A stretch of 63,087 nt of DNA, counting the filler, from Collodictyon triciliatum (Eukaryota), in NCBI GenBank assembly GCA_043381765.1. It is 47 parts of 47 records of this genome, joined end to end, with 100 filler letters (N's around TTAATTAATTAA, not from the genome) between each part and the next. Parts side by side here need not be neighbours in the genome. Positions count along the whole stretch, not along the records: positions 24,280 to 25,525 come from JBHJMP010011712.1; positions 25,626 to 26,871 come from JBHJMP010011713.1; positions 26,972 to 28,216 come from JBHJMP010011714.1; positions 28,317 to 29,561 come from JBHJMP010011715.1; positions 29,662 to 30,906 come from JBHJMP010011716.1; positions 31,007 to 32,250 come from JBHJMP010011717.1; positions 32,351 to 33,594 come from JBHJMP010011718.1; positions 33,695 to 34,938 come from JBHJMP010011719.1; 39 more parts are not named here. The stretch is one strand, 5' to 3'. A program made the position numbers and the translations under genes. Under the pieces are notes generated by a model. It did not search any database and was not told the DNA's origin. It was given only the letters and a program-made list of their open reading frames with translations. Position 1 is the first letter of the stretch; every line of letters starts with the position of its first letter. Of this stretch, positions 24,180-37,625 are shown one piece after another.

Positions 24180-26971
24180 NNNNNNNNNNNNNNNNNNNNN
24201 NNNNNNNNNNNNNNNNNNNNNNNTTAATTAATTAANNNNNNNNNNNNNNNNNNNNNNNNNNNNNNNNNNNNNNNNNNNNCAACATTTGAGGTATAAACAA
24301 ATAAACAAATAAACAAATAAACAAATAAACAAATAAACAAATAAACAAATAAACAAATAAACAAATAAACAAATAAACAAATAAACAAACAAATAAACCA
24401 ACCAACACTCTCCTTGTGCACATTTCTAGATTATTTCGCACGCAAAAATTTACAAAAAAAAATCGTCAAAACAAAATATCCATCATGATTTTTTTTAATC
24501 TACACACTCATACTTAAAGAGATGAGTAAATGTAACTTCATATTTAAGATAACCCGAAATAAATTTAAATTATTGCTAACTTCACAAACGAATGATAATA
24601 TGATTCTATGCAAAGGTTGCAACCAAAAGCCATGGAGGAACTCCCGAAGGACGTCTTCTCGTTTGTAGTAACACGGGAATCAAAATTCGTAAAGGAACAA
24701 AGACGAAGGGCAAATATGAATATGGTCGACAGTTTAAAGTAATTCATATGACAAAGTTATCTTTCTCCATTTTTATGCCATATATCGACTTTGCTAATGC
24801 CCATAGGACTTATAATATCTTTTTTTTTTTTTTTTGCCATCTCTCTAATTTCACCTGATAGTTTATTCCTTCATTCCTCCATTGATTTAATAATTTCATT
24901 GGACTGAATAAAGGAAATGAATTAATTTATTTACTTTATTTACTTTTTTTTTTTTAAAAAAATTTGATTGCCTTGAACTAAAAAGACTCCTCAATTATAC
25001 ACGCAAAGAGTAGCTTCGATATTCATCGCAACATGACTGTAGGTTCGTCTGCCAGTGGAAAACACTACCCTGTTGCTGTTGGACGTCGACCAGACAACAA
25101 GCTTGGAGATATTCACACAGGACAGCAGAACTCGCGACGTCCTAGCATTGACGCTTCGGTCCTTCAACGGTATTTCAGTGGTAAATACATACACATATCG
25201 TCTGCGTAATCGTTATCAACCGCGATTTTCATTTGTGTTGTCTCGTTTCCTTTACTGTTATATATGTAGCAGCTATGAATAGAAGTTTACAAATGAGACT
25301 GCAACATGTACATATCCATCGCTAAACATAATTCGTCGCTTAATTCACTCCCATGTCTTCAAAAGGGGTCCAAGGTTCGAGCCACTTCCAGTTAACCATT
25401 CACCGGCCTGCTTTGGTGAAGGCGAATCGAATGTCACAAGAAACGAAGAGATGAAAAAAAAAAAAAAAACAAAAGAAAAAAAAAGAAAAAAAAGAAAAAA
25501 CAACAACAACCCCAACATTTTATTTNNNNNNNNNNNNNNNNNNNNNNNNNNNNNNNNNNNNNNNNNNNNTTAATTAATTAANNNNNNNNNNNNNNNNNNN
25601 NNNNNNNNNNNNNNNNNNNNNNNNNGTTTTTATGTGTGTTTTTATGTGTGTTTTTATGTGTGTTTTTATGTGTGTTTTTATGTGTGTTTTTATGTGTGTT
25701 TTTATGTGTGTTTTTATGTGTGTTTTTTGTGTGTTTTTTGTGTGTTTTTTTGTGTTTTTTTGTGTTTTTTTGTGTTTTTTGTGTTTTAGTGTTTTAGTGC
25801 TTAGTGTTTAGCGTTTAGTGTTTAGCGTTTAGCGTTTAGTCTTTTCTGAGCGTGTTTTGTGCGTAACTCCACGCTAACCAGACAAAGGGCAAAGATGCTC
25901 CACATGACGTCATTTTGTAGCAAATTTCGCAAATTCGTTGCGCTCTTAATATTATATTTGTGGAATTTAAATACTTCTGTCACATTTCACCATTTTCTGC
26001 CACTGAACCATAAGATTCCAATATTTATGACATAAAATAATATCTTATTTATATCTGCGTACTAATTGAAGAGTCGCGTTATGCCCCTTTTACTTGCGTC
26101 TCGCTCCGTTGCGTAAATTCTGCGCCTTCCAGATTTGGAGCCGGTGGTATCGATACCACTTTGCAGGATTTATACCTCCAACCCTATACCTGGTTGGGCC
26201 GCTTCGATACACAGTAATGAGCCTTGCTTGCATGCGTCCCACAATTTACCAGCTGGTTGAGACAGAGACACAACCCATTCATCATAATCCTACATAGTCT
26301 CATCAAAGTTGATCCAGCCGCAGATTATTGAACTTGAAAACACAACTGCTTGCGGTCGCTTTGACCACACTGTGTAGAAACGATCAACAGAGCGAAGAAA
26401 ACGACACCTGATCGTTTATCTCAAACGTAGCCGGTCTAGGACAACATCACCCCTTCTTTCCTTTCCAAGACCACTTAGTAACAGCAAGATTCTGAAACAC
26501 TTCACAATCAACTGTAGGTCGGCACTCACCACAATAGCCCGCAAGATGCTGCCAAACAACCAAGGTTTGCCAACACTCTCTTTAAGTCACTCACGCTCCT
26601 CAAAAGGCAAACTACTTGCATATTGTGTTCTCTTTTAGCAGTGCGCAATGAAAACCATGTCTGCAACAGATCTTGTCGAAGATAACACTCTTTTTGTTCA
26701 GGAGATTGTACAATCTCTCCAAGCACTTTTTTCTTTCACCTCTTTCTCTCTCTTTCTCTCTCTTTCTCTCTCTTTCTCTCTCTTTTTTCTCTCTCTTTTT
26801 TCTCTCTCTTTTTTCTCTCTCTTTTTTCTCTCTCTTTTTTCTCTCTCTTTTTTCTCTCTCTTTTTTCTCTCNNNNNNNNNNNNNNNNNNNNNNNNNNNNN
26901 NNNNNNNNNNNNNNNTTAATTAATTAANNNNNNNNNNNNNNNNNNNNNNNNNNNNNNNNNNNNNNNNNNNN

Positions 26972-28216
26972 ATGAAAGTGGAAACATGGGTGGCCCTGCC
27001 TACCGCGTGGATGAGGGGGAAAAATTGGAACCGAGGGTTGCTAATAACCATCAGAGCGCATCTCCCAACACACCAACTAAAAAGGGGCTGTAGCCCAAAG
27101 TCCAAGACCATCCGACAAATCCTGGCCGAACCGCGAGCAATCATAACACCGGCCAAATGAAGGATAAATCGAGTAAACCATCCCACTCTGAGCAACCCAG
27201 CTCCAGCGGAGAGGGCCAATCACCGGAGGCTACGGCCTCCAAAAGCCAATAGATTATTAATGCGTTTTAACGTTCTGTCGTGGAACGTTAGGGGGATTAA
27301 CGACCCCCAAAAAAGAAAAGAGGCCCTAAACACTGCTCTTTTCTCTCACGCAGATATCATCTGCCTCCAAGAAACATGGCTCAGCCCTGACAATCTAACC
27401 AATGATGAAATATGGAAAGGTCCACAAATGTGGTCCTGTGACGATAATCAACAGAGACATGCAGGTGTAGCGTTTTTATGCAAGAAATGGATAGCCAAAC
27501 TCAATCCTCGCTTCAGAGAGATTATTCCTGGCCGCTGCATAAGTCTCGATATCCAAATCGATGGAGCTGACACTCGTATAATGACGACATACATGTCGCT
27601 CCAAACAGCAGGTTCAAATACTAGAATACACGAGTATGAGCTTATCTCTAAGGAGATGGAGTCTGCGAAACGTATCATCATCTGTGGAGACTTCAACGCT
27701 CTTATTGATGCCAGCACCGAGTGGTCTGGGTCTTCGACACGCAATGACAAACCTTTCGTCGACTGGACAATCAGGCACAAGCTGCAAGACCCTTGGAAGA
27801 CGCTCAATCCTCACTCTCTAGGAGCAACGTGCAGAAGACATACAAAAAGCGGCTTCACGTGGAGCAGAATCGATCGCTTCCTCTGCTCAAGGGACTTGCA
27901 TGCGTGGTTCAAGAAACTTAAAACAGTCTATTCTGCGCTGTCCGACCACAGTGCTATCCTGGCTAACATCGATTCAGCCGGTGGCTGTGAATGGCAGGCG
28001 AGGTATATAGACAGGAGAGCATACAATGACTCCAAGTCGATAGAAGACATAAAAAACAAGCTCAGGGCTTACTTCAACACCCCAGGCGATGCGCCCATCG
28101 AGGCGGAGTGGCCTGTCCTCAAAAAGCAGCTCTCTATTCTTCTTATCCAAAAATCGAGCTGGTTCAAAAATAAGGATGGAGAGGAGCGGAAGAAGCTTGA
28201 AAGGGAAAAAGAGGCT
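26972..28216 (+). mobile_element. LINE ORF1 tail plus intact ORF2 APE endonuclease domain (27260-)
   Basis: SWNVRG, DIICLQET, IICGDFNA, LQDPW, WSRIDRFL, SDHSAI: full APE catalytic motif set, L1/Tx1 type. Confidence 0.95.
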
Positions 28217-30080
28217 NNNNNNNNNNNNNNNNNNNNNNNNNNNNNNNNNNNNNNNNNNNNTTAATTAATTAANNNNNNNNNNNNNNNNNNNNNNNNNNNN
28301 NNNNNNNNNNNNNNNNGTAAAGTAAAGTAAAGTAAAGTAAAGTAAAGTAAAGTAAAGTAAAGTAAAGTAAAGTAAAGTAAAGTAAAGTAAAGTAAAGTAA
28401 AGTAAAGTAAAATAATGAAAGCACAGTTGGGCCATTAATACTAATATAAATCAGATGTAACGGGATATACACAAAAATGTTGTACCGTCTATAAAGTTTC
28501 TCTTTAGGAGAACTGTTGGAGAAGAGTGCCGGAAGTTTTCATGATTCATCATACACGGCTTCATCGGGGATATGTGTGCAACACCTGATGGTCGATTCAT
28601 CGAAAATATTATATTCATGCAATTAAGAATAAAATACTTTACACTATAAAGAATGAAAAGAAATAGAATTATGAACATAAATGAAATCTATTTGAGTTAA
28701 AGTCTAATTGCGATAACTTGCATCTTTTGAATTCATGTCTATAGTGGTCAGGAATGTCGTAGGGTCCTGCTAGTCCAATTACAGAGTGTATGTCCTCAAA
28801 ACTCCAATTTAAAGTCTAAATAGTTTCATAAGCAAATTAACTCGGCCGTTTGCTGTTATAATAGGTTTCGGGTTCGATTTAAGGTATCAACACAAAATGA
28901 GTTTTTCTTTTCTTTGTTGAAGCACCCAAATGTTCACATATATGTCAATAAAAGAAAATAAGGATGGTTCATTTTCAATTGTAAGTACTAACATATTCTT
29001 CAAGCTTTCTCTTCGAAGGATGTGGTATAAAAATGCTACCTCCTTTTAGGATTATAAGCTTATGAATCAAGGCTAGGGTAATCAGGTGCGCCCTAACATA
29101 CATGTTTTATCATGTTTTTTTTATATAAAAAAAGCACAAATTCTTGCTATACCGCAAAATAATAAATAATAAATAAATAAATAAATAAAAGGAATTTTAA
29201 ACACTCCATTATTTTTTTAAATGTTAACAACGAGAATCCTACGGGTATTATCTCATTAAATGTATGGCTACAATAAATTTTTAATAACAAGATATATCTA
29301 TAAAGTTATAATTAAACTCGTGTACCCCGCTGAGTGTCCCACTAAAATAAGAGAGGAATCTTCACCATGGAAATACTTTTTCTTGTTCACGGCCCACTCA
29401 ATACAGGCGCTGACATCACACAACAAATCTCCAACCGTGCCCTTATTATGATAAATCCAATAACAATAATAACAATAATAACAATAATAACAATAATAAC
29501 AATAATAACAATAATAACAATAATAACAATAATAACAATAATAACAATAATAACAATAATANNNNNNNNNNNNNNNNNNNNNNNNNNNNNNNNNNNNNNN
29601 NNNNNTTAATTAATTAANNNNNNNNNNNNNNNNNNNNNNNNNNNNNNNNNNNNNNNNNNNNTCACTCACTCACTCACTCACTCACTCACTCACTCACTCA
29701 CTCACTCACTCACTCACTCACTCACTCACTCACTCACTCACTCACTCACTCACTCACTCGTGTGTATTTTCCAACCACTCCGCTTTCTCGCCAGGGACGC
29801 TGCAAAAAGCGCAGCCGCAACAACTACGAACAGACACGTCGATGACCAGCGACAAAGAAGAAACAAAGAAAAAGAAGAAGAGATATAAAAGGCAGAGTCC
29901 AATCGCAATAATCCTGAAAGCAACACAAAGCGGCGCACACACACAACCAAACAATACACAGTAAAGCGGAGTCGCAAACGTATGCTTCAGAGTCGGGAAT
30001 CGCCTTTGGGCAGCCGAAGAGGCTTATGAAACTGTGTGAGAAGGAACCCAACCGCACCCTCCACAAATTGAGTCTAACAG

Positions 30081-30707
30081 ATGACTCTCTTTCCGCCTGC
30101 CAACGCGGCCCAACGCAGGAAGCACGGAGCAGCCCCCGATACCATGAGATACGCACTGAAGCCGCTTCCCTTTGCACCCGACGCGCTCCTGCCTCATATA
30201 TCCACCGAAACTGTCGCGTACCATCACGGCAGGCATCAGAAGGTTTGCTTTGCTGCGCTACTCCGCTCTTGATGTCACTTGGCGAAGAAGAAAAGGAGCT
30301 TTTCTATGTGTGTAATACCTATTACTGATATCTATCGCTGGTATTCGTGTGTGCAGACATATGTCGAGAATCTTAACAAGCTGGTTTCTGGGACGGATGA
30401 AGAAGGAAAAGCTATCACACAGCTCATCTTTTCAGAAAAAACACCAGGTTATACGTGCTTGCGACATTGTCATTAAAAATAAATATATATATATTATTGT
30501 ATTACTTTATGAATGCTTTTGTGTATATGCCAGACTCAGATGAGTAGTTTATGGAACCATTTTGAAAATTTTTTTGTTGCTGTTCGTACTTGATTTCATA
30601 GTGAGGAGGAATGCCGCACAAGTCTACAACCATGAGTTTTACTGGGATGGACTTTGCCATCCAAAAACAGCGTCGACTCCGTCCGAGCCACTTTTGAAAG
30701 CTTTCAC
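30081..30707 (+). CDS. Fe-type superoxide dismutase, N-terminal exons
   Basis: LKPLPFAPDALLPHISTETVAYHHGRHQK|TYVENLNKLV ... NAAQVYNHEFYW (AAQ indicates Fe type). Confidence 0.88.
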
Positions 30708-30808
30708 GTAACCGCAACGAAAACTTGTTATCATGCCTTACTTTCTCTGTTTCTACTTATCTCCTCTGTCATCGACCAAATCAGCTGTCGGCATTTATAC
30801 ATTTATAC

Positions 30809-30906
<98 letters not shown>

Positions 30907-31216
30907 NNNNNNNNNNNNNNNNNNNNNNNNNNNNNNNNNNNNNNNNNNNNTTAATTAATTAANNNNNNNNNNNNNNNNNNNNNNNNNNNNNNNNNNNNNN
31001 NNNNNNTTCTCTTTTCTCTTTTCTCTTTTCTCTTCTCAAACACACTGGTCATTAATATACACCTTGATTATGTATTTACATTTTAGTAAAAATAGAACAC
31101 TCAATAATATTGACATATAGTCTTATCTCATTTTTTCCATTTTGGTTCACCTGAAAGATAAATAATTATGATAGTCGTAAAAAAATAAAAGTATCATTTC
31201 TGCATACGTTTGACAG

Positions 31217-31708
31217 GTCTAAGAGGCGCTGTGGCGTTTGCTTTATCCTTTAATTTCATTGGCGAAAACAGTGAAATAATTGTCACGACTACCGTAATTC
31301 AAATAACCTGCATCTCAAAATTTATTAATTTTGATTTCCAATCCAACTAAACCTCACATGCGATTTGTGCAATGAAAAAATCTGAAAATCTTTCTTCCTC
31401 CATAGCTAACAATTGTTATATCCACGATTCTTTTGATGGGGGTTGGGACAGCTCCAGTATTAGATGCATTCAAAATACCACACTCAAATAGCACTATTTC
31501 AAATGTGTGTTAACTTTTTCTTTCTTTCTTTCTTTTTTGAAGCAAACTTGATAACAAATTATGTGAGGCCTTTTACAGACGTTTGCATATAGTGCCCTCA
31601 ATTAACACCTAGTCTCTTGCAAGAACAGGAGGCTTCCCCTTCAGATGGCAGACCCAGCGACTCAAGCAATCGGGCACACGACAATTGGTTTACCCGAATA
31701 GATAACAA
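31217..31708 (+). CDS. Na+/H+ exchanger (SLC9/CPA1), C-terminal exons
   Basis: GLRGAVAFALS...IVTTT|LTIVISTILLMGVGTAPVL; cytoplasmic NWFTRIDNK. Confidence 0.85.
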
Positions 31709-31805
31709 GTCAATATTTTTATTTATTTTTTATTCTTCCAATCAATTTGTGCAAGATGATGAAAGTTTTGGCTTTGGTTCGCTAGCCATCGTCAGTCAAG
31801 ATCTT
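31708..31805 (-). mobile_element. Truncated LINE family B 3' end (~80 nt) in NHE intron, degenerate TSD
   Basis: Revcomp GACGATGGCTAGCGAACCAAAGCCAAAACTTTCATCATCTTGCACAAATTGATTGGAAGAATAAAAAATAAATAAAAA aligns with 7606-7670; flanks AGTCAATATTTT / AGTCAAGATCTT. Confidence 0.75.
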
Positions 31806-33732
31806 CGTTTAAAGAAAATAAAAAGAAAACTACATTTGGTGCCAACTTTTTTTTCCTCAAATTGTTTTCAATAATATTATTTTGTAGAATGAAGGATTGA
31901 AGTATTTTATGATTAAATACCAAGTAGCTGTCTTATTTTTTTTTAATGCGCAACAAAAATGTTAGATTCATAATTCCATTCTTGAGGTTGGATTATATCT
32001 CTCCAGAAGAAAGCATCGCCATGGAGCTTCACCACTTTAACACCAAAATGTTTGTTTCATTATCATAATACATCCTTTTTTTCCCGCTTGGTTTAGCCCA
32101 AAGTTTTTGGGAAACTGGTCGTGTTGAAACAAAATAGCCCAGAACAATCGCTGGCCCCATTAATCAACATCGCTACGTTGAAAAAAAAAAAAAAAAAAAA
32201 ACAAAAACACCGAAAAAAAACCCCCCGCCTGACCGGGGGGGCGCACAAAANNNNNNNNNNNNNNNNNNNNNNNNNNNNNNNNNNNNNNNNNNNNTTAATT
32301 AATTAANNNNNNNNNNNNNNNNNNNNNNNNNNNNNNNNNNNNNNNNNNNNGAAAGAGAAAGAGAAAGAGAAAGAGAAAGAGAAAGAGAAAGAGAAAGAGA
32401 AAGAGAAAGAGAAAGAGAAAGAGAAAGAGAAAGAGAAAGAGAAAAGAAAGAAAAGAAAAGATAGGCGTAAAGATAACATAGTATATTAAAGGATTAGTGG
32501 ATGATTCGAATTGAAGTTCAACTTAATGGATGTAAAAAACAAAATGAAAAACGAGCGGAATATGATATCGTATACATAAGATTAATAGTTTACTTTGTAG
32601 TCAACAGCCGATAAAAGAAATAAATTGTATCGATCGACCGTATTCAAACTAAAGTATTTCAAAGTAATTTCCAAGGGACTAAATAATGAAGATATAGACA
32701 CGTCCTTGATACAAAGTTAATACATCTAAAAATTGGCGATATTTATGTGAAATTTACCTCTCCTTTTCTTTGAGTTTTGTTATATCATCAGTAAAAGGGT
32801 CTTCATCCTCGTCATCAAAATACGGACTCTCGCACACATAAATGGACCCAAGTCCAAGAGACTCTGCAGCCTTAACAAGTAAAATATTTTTGGTTAAAAT
32901 TGCGGCGGTTCGTATGATTGGGGGTTACTGTCGGTAGATAAGCTATTCCAAAAGGGCCTGATATCTTGTACATAGCACATTGGATGATGTGTTTGAAGCA
33001 AACCTTTGTACTTCGAGCTTTCGTGTCGTTGATGGATTGTTCTCGAAGTTGTCGATGAGCTTCATTTTGGATTCGCAGGAATGGAATATCTGCTGTTAGT
33101 AGAAAATCCATCCATACTTTTGGAGTTTCCTTCCTACGATTGAGTATCAGTTTAATTCAGCTTCATAGCGTTGAGCCAAATAAGTATTTGCCATAATTTT
33201 TTTCTTAAGGACATCCCTTACCAATTTAAACGAATTATCCCTGATTTGTTGTCAACATTCATTGTTTCATCCAAGTAAATTGTCAATCCCTTGAGATCGA
33301 TGTTTTTCTTGATTTTTATTGCATTATTAACGAATTTGAACTTTAGCCACACATTATTGACAACATCATTTTCGTCTTTCGAAAGAAATCATATAAAAAA
33401 AACTCCTCTCTTTCAGAAGTGAAATATATAATGTTAAATAAAAACATGTATTTAAATATATATCTAAAGATAGAAAAGAAAAGAGAAAGAAAGAGAAAGA
33501 AAGAGAGAAAGAGAGAAAGAGAGAAAGAGAGAAAGAGAGAAAGAGAGAAAGAGAGAAAGAGAGAAAGAGAGAAAGAGAGAAAGAGAGAAAGAGANNNNNN
33601 NNNNNNNNNNNNNNNNNNNNNNNNNNNNNNNNNNNNNNTTAATTAATTAANNNNNNNNNNNNNNNNNNNNNNNNNNNNNNNNNNNNNNNNNNNNACCAAA
33701 CATATACACAAAAGCATAAGAGTGTAATCTAC

Positions 33733-34660
33733 CCGTCCAGCATTCCAATTTTGCACACGGCGGAATCTTCACGACATCCGGTGGGTCAACTCCGATATTT
33801 AGGCATAAGACCAAAGCAGCATTAACAGTCTTGCACTGCAATATAAATACAAATCAGAAATATAATATACACAAACAATTGTGGGATAGCAAAGTAGTTC
33901 CAGCAAAGGCAATAAAAAATTTAGATGAGGCCTCCTTACACTGCGATGGCAATATGAAGTAGGCGGTGCGTCATATTGGTAAAATAAAACAATAAATTTA
34001 TTAATAAATTTATTTCTTTATAAGATGAACGTACACGATCTCGAAGTCTCCATGAACTAAAAGAAGCTCCTTCTCCAGCCAATCGTGCCGCGTCCAAGTC
34101 GTCCTGCTGTTTTGCCTCTAAGAATAACCCTTCATAGGTCAAGCGAGGAAGGAATGATGTGTGCCGGCCAGTTCCGTACTCCCCAACCCCGTCATCTCCT
34201 TCTTTATTTTATTAATGTTTGTTAATTTTTCATATTGGTTTGGACGCTTCCATTTTTTTCCCTTTATTCGATTCAAAGTGGACACTTCCATTTTAAAAAA
34301 ACAATGACCGAATAAATGAAAAAAGTTTGTCTGAAAAAAAAAGCAAACGGTAGATAGCTTATATTTGATGCTCATGGAAATAACATGAATAATTGGAGCC
34401 TTTTCAACAACAACAATAATAACAATAATAATAATAATATAGAAAAAGAAGAGAAAAAAAGGACTGTCATACAAAGATAAAGTATCGATGTGAATCAATT
34501 CAACTATTCGAGAGGCTGCTATTATGTCGAATATGGTCAGAAACGCGAAGTAGGCGGTACCGTTTTCAAAGTCATCCTGAAAAACGCCCTCGTCATCCTG
34601 AATGTCTTCTGCTACTTCGTTGTTTTCTGCGTAGTCCTGATCGGCGCCTCCGCGGTTCAT
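33733..34660 (-). CDS. RPTOR: Raptor (TORC1 subunit), first three exons
   Basis: [40 protein letters not shown] is the Raptor N-terminal conserved domain. Confidence 0.93.
34241..34294 (-). mobile_element. Ultra-truncated LINE family A 3' end (22 nt) with 16-bp TSD in Raptor intron
   Basis: TGGACGCTTCCATTTT / TGGACACTTCCATTTT flank the revcomp of CTTTGAATCGAATAAAGGGAAA. Confidence 0.85.
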
Positions 34661-35038
34661 CCTTTGTGAGAGTTTAAGATTAGGACAACCCGTCTTTTGT
34701 TTGGTTAGAGTTGCGGAAAGCAAGGCAGAGAAGAAAAAGGAAAAGGAAAAGGAAAAGGAGATGGAAAAGGAAAAGGAGATATCACTCGGCCAGGGCTTCA
34801 CTGTGCAATTCCCTTGTATTTATTCTGCTCTCTTTGCTCGTTTGTTTTTTGTTTTTTGTTTTTTTGTTTTTTTGTTTTTTTGTTTTTTTGTTTTTTTGTT
34901 TTTTTGTTTTTTTGTTTTTTTGTTTTTTTTTTTTTTTTNNNNNNNNNNNNNNNNNNNNNNNNNNNNNNNNNNNNNNNNNNNNTTAATTAATTAANNNNNN
35001 NNNNNNNNNNNNNNNNNNNNNNNNNNNNNNNNNNNNNN

Positions 35039-35732
35039 TGGCTGATCCATCAGTGCTGATAAATGGGCGAATTCTGCAGACAACACGGATATTTCCTAAG
35101 AGGCAAATGTAGCATCAAATTTGAATAAAGGTGTTATATGCAATATTCATATTTTGCACTAATAAATCATGTATTAGTAAGATTTCTTGCGTGTCATGGA
35201 ATAAAGAATAAAAAAAAATCATGATCGATATAAATCAAATGAAGTTCTCTGCGATCAACAAATTGAAAATACCACGCATTTCCTGGAGCATGTTTTGAAG
35301 TATCCTGCGAGTTTGGTGCTCTTGTGAGTATAAAGCTTGAAATCGTTGTACTTGAGCCAGTAAATTTTGAACATTTTCAGTCGACTCTACGTTTGTTCAA
35401 TTCATGAGCAGTCGTAAAATCGTAACGGAAGGAAATATTAGCATATGGGGTAGGGAAATATCGGTATTTAATTAAAAACACGCATATGAGTTCATCTATC
35501 AAACACAACTACCAGTTTCCTCTATTTTTTTAACAATTTTTAATTGAGTGTTGATTCTAGGAAAGAGAATTTGATAGCAATACTCACCTGATTTCGCTTC
35601 GTTCGAATGAATTGGCATCATTTGAACGGCCTTTTGAAATTGGGTAATGGCTTTCGATGATACTTCAGGGATTGTTCGGATATAGTCATGGAGTAAGCTG
35701 AGTTCGGATTTTATAGTCTGGAAGGATGTCAA
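35039..35732 (-). CDS. Kinesin-14 (C-terminal motor) neck and motor start, partial
   Basis: EHQTRRILQNMLQEMR|GNIRVVCRIRP is the kinesin-14 neck signature. Confidence 0.85.
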
Positions 35733-36382
35733 AATGTCAAATGCTTATTTTTCTATGTATTTTATTTATCAATTGAACAGAATTCATTCACCAAAAGGAG
35801 TTTAATTTTAGAGAAATATTTAACAAACTTCTGTCTGATGTGTTATCTGGTAAGTTTGGTCCAATGTTGCGGTGCGGATTCGTCTTAGCTCTGCTTGATG
35901 AGACACTTTCAATGCAACCACAGACTCATTTAGTCTGCCATAACAATCCATTTTATTTGTGTGATCAAAATGTTATTGGTTTATTGATGGCATTTATACC
36001 ACGAATAATTTTATCTTAACCGATTCAAATACATTAAATATTCGATCCGACAGATTAATTTCTTGATAAGCATATAAGAATGTAGTGACATTTGAAAATA
36101 ATTCGAACCTATCTAAATCAAGTTCGTATCTTACAATTTTTTGATTCTTTTCAAATAATTCGTCTTCTAATTCCTATGAGAAAATTTTATTAGACTGATA
36201 TCAGTCGTACGTAAAATTTAAGGAATATATTATTATTCGCTATTGCTGGTATTTATTATTTGCCAACAATTCCATAATTGTTNNNNNNNNNNNNNNNNNN
36301 NNNNNNNNNNNNNNNNNNNNNNNNNNTTAATTAATTAANNNNNNNNNNNNNNNNNNNNNNNNNNNNNNNNNNNNNNNNNNNN

Positions 36383-36587
<205 letters not shown>

Positions 36588-37526
36588 TGTGAGTAGCGTT
36601 GCAAAATTCATATGTACTTTTCAAAGAGGTATATCAAAATATCAGTGTGTCAAAGTCTTTGTGTAATTTATATGACGGGAAAAAAAGGGGAATTTCTTGC
36701 GTGGTGTTAGGATTTGAGATATTTTGTGGAGAGTAATTTTTCTGAAAAGAATTTTCAGGCCACCCCTGAGCTATTTATACTTTGCCATTTCGATTCGTTG
36801 GCTTCAAGTACTAGGAAAATGACAATTTATAGGTAAATGAACGGTCTAACAAACACTCACAGTTACAATTTATATTGGGATATGTGAAACCTGTAATCTG
36901 TCACTGATACAAATATCGATTTTCTTTCTTGGCGCACGAACAATTTAACCAACTTTTTTCGTTCGCTTCGAAATTTTTGACAAGACCAGCTTAAAAGCCA
37001 ATCTCAAAGCCAATCCCAAAGCCAATCTCAAAGCCAATCTCAATCTCTCGTGGAAGATCTCGCCTGATTTTCGTGCAGCAGAAGCCACAAATCTTGGGAA
37101 TTTCTTGGTTCTATCAATTCAGGAATCCCACACTTCCTATGCATATTATTTTTTTCTTTGCACGAACAAAACGAAAGATGCAAAATTCTTTGCAAAGGCG
37201 TTAACTGTTTCTGCTTCCAGTAGTGTTGCGCCCTATTGAAAATCTAGTCAAGTATGTGCTTTTCATAAAGGTAACAAATATAGAAACGAACAATTCTCTG
37301 AACGAGCACAAATATACCTCATAACGTTGCAACATTTAATATTCCAGAAATGCGACATTCACTAGTGGCCCGGCCGCGATGTGAGGCACCGCCAAGTCGA
37401 ATCTGGTGGTAAGTCCGTGTAGTTTCTCATGCTGACTGATTACGGGCATGTCGCGACGGGTTGTAGCTACTATTAGGAGAAGACTTGCGACCGAGGGTTT
37501 CAAAGTAGATAATTAATCAGTCGCAG

Positions 37527-37625
37527 CCCGCGCCTGATTTTCAATCAAGCTTCCCGCGCCTGATTTTCAATCAAGCTTCCCGCGCCTGATTTTCAATCAA
37601 GCTTCCCGCGCCTGATTTTCAATCA
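37527..37625. repeat. 26-bp minisatellite (CCCGCGCCTGATTTTCAATCAAGCTT), ~3.8 copies, to contig end
   Basis: Perfect tandem copies read directly. Confidence 0.9.

Noticed and set aside
26090-26725. Possible decayed LINE ORF2 C-terminus
   Set aside because: Composition is suggestive but frames are broken and no diagnostic motif is readable
37527-37625. 26-bp repeats as a CRISPR array
   Set aside because: Head-to-tail with no spacers; eukaryotic minisatellite
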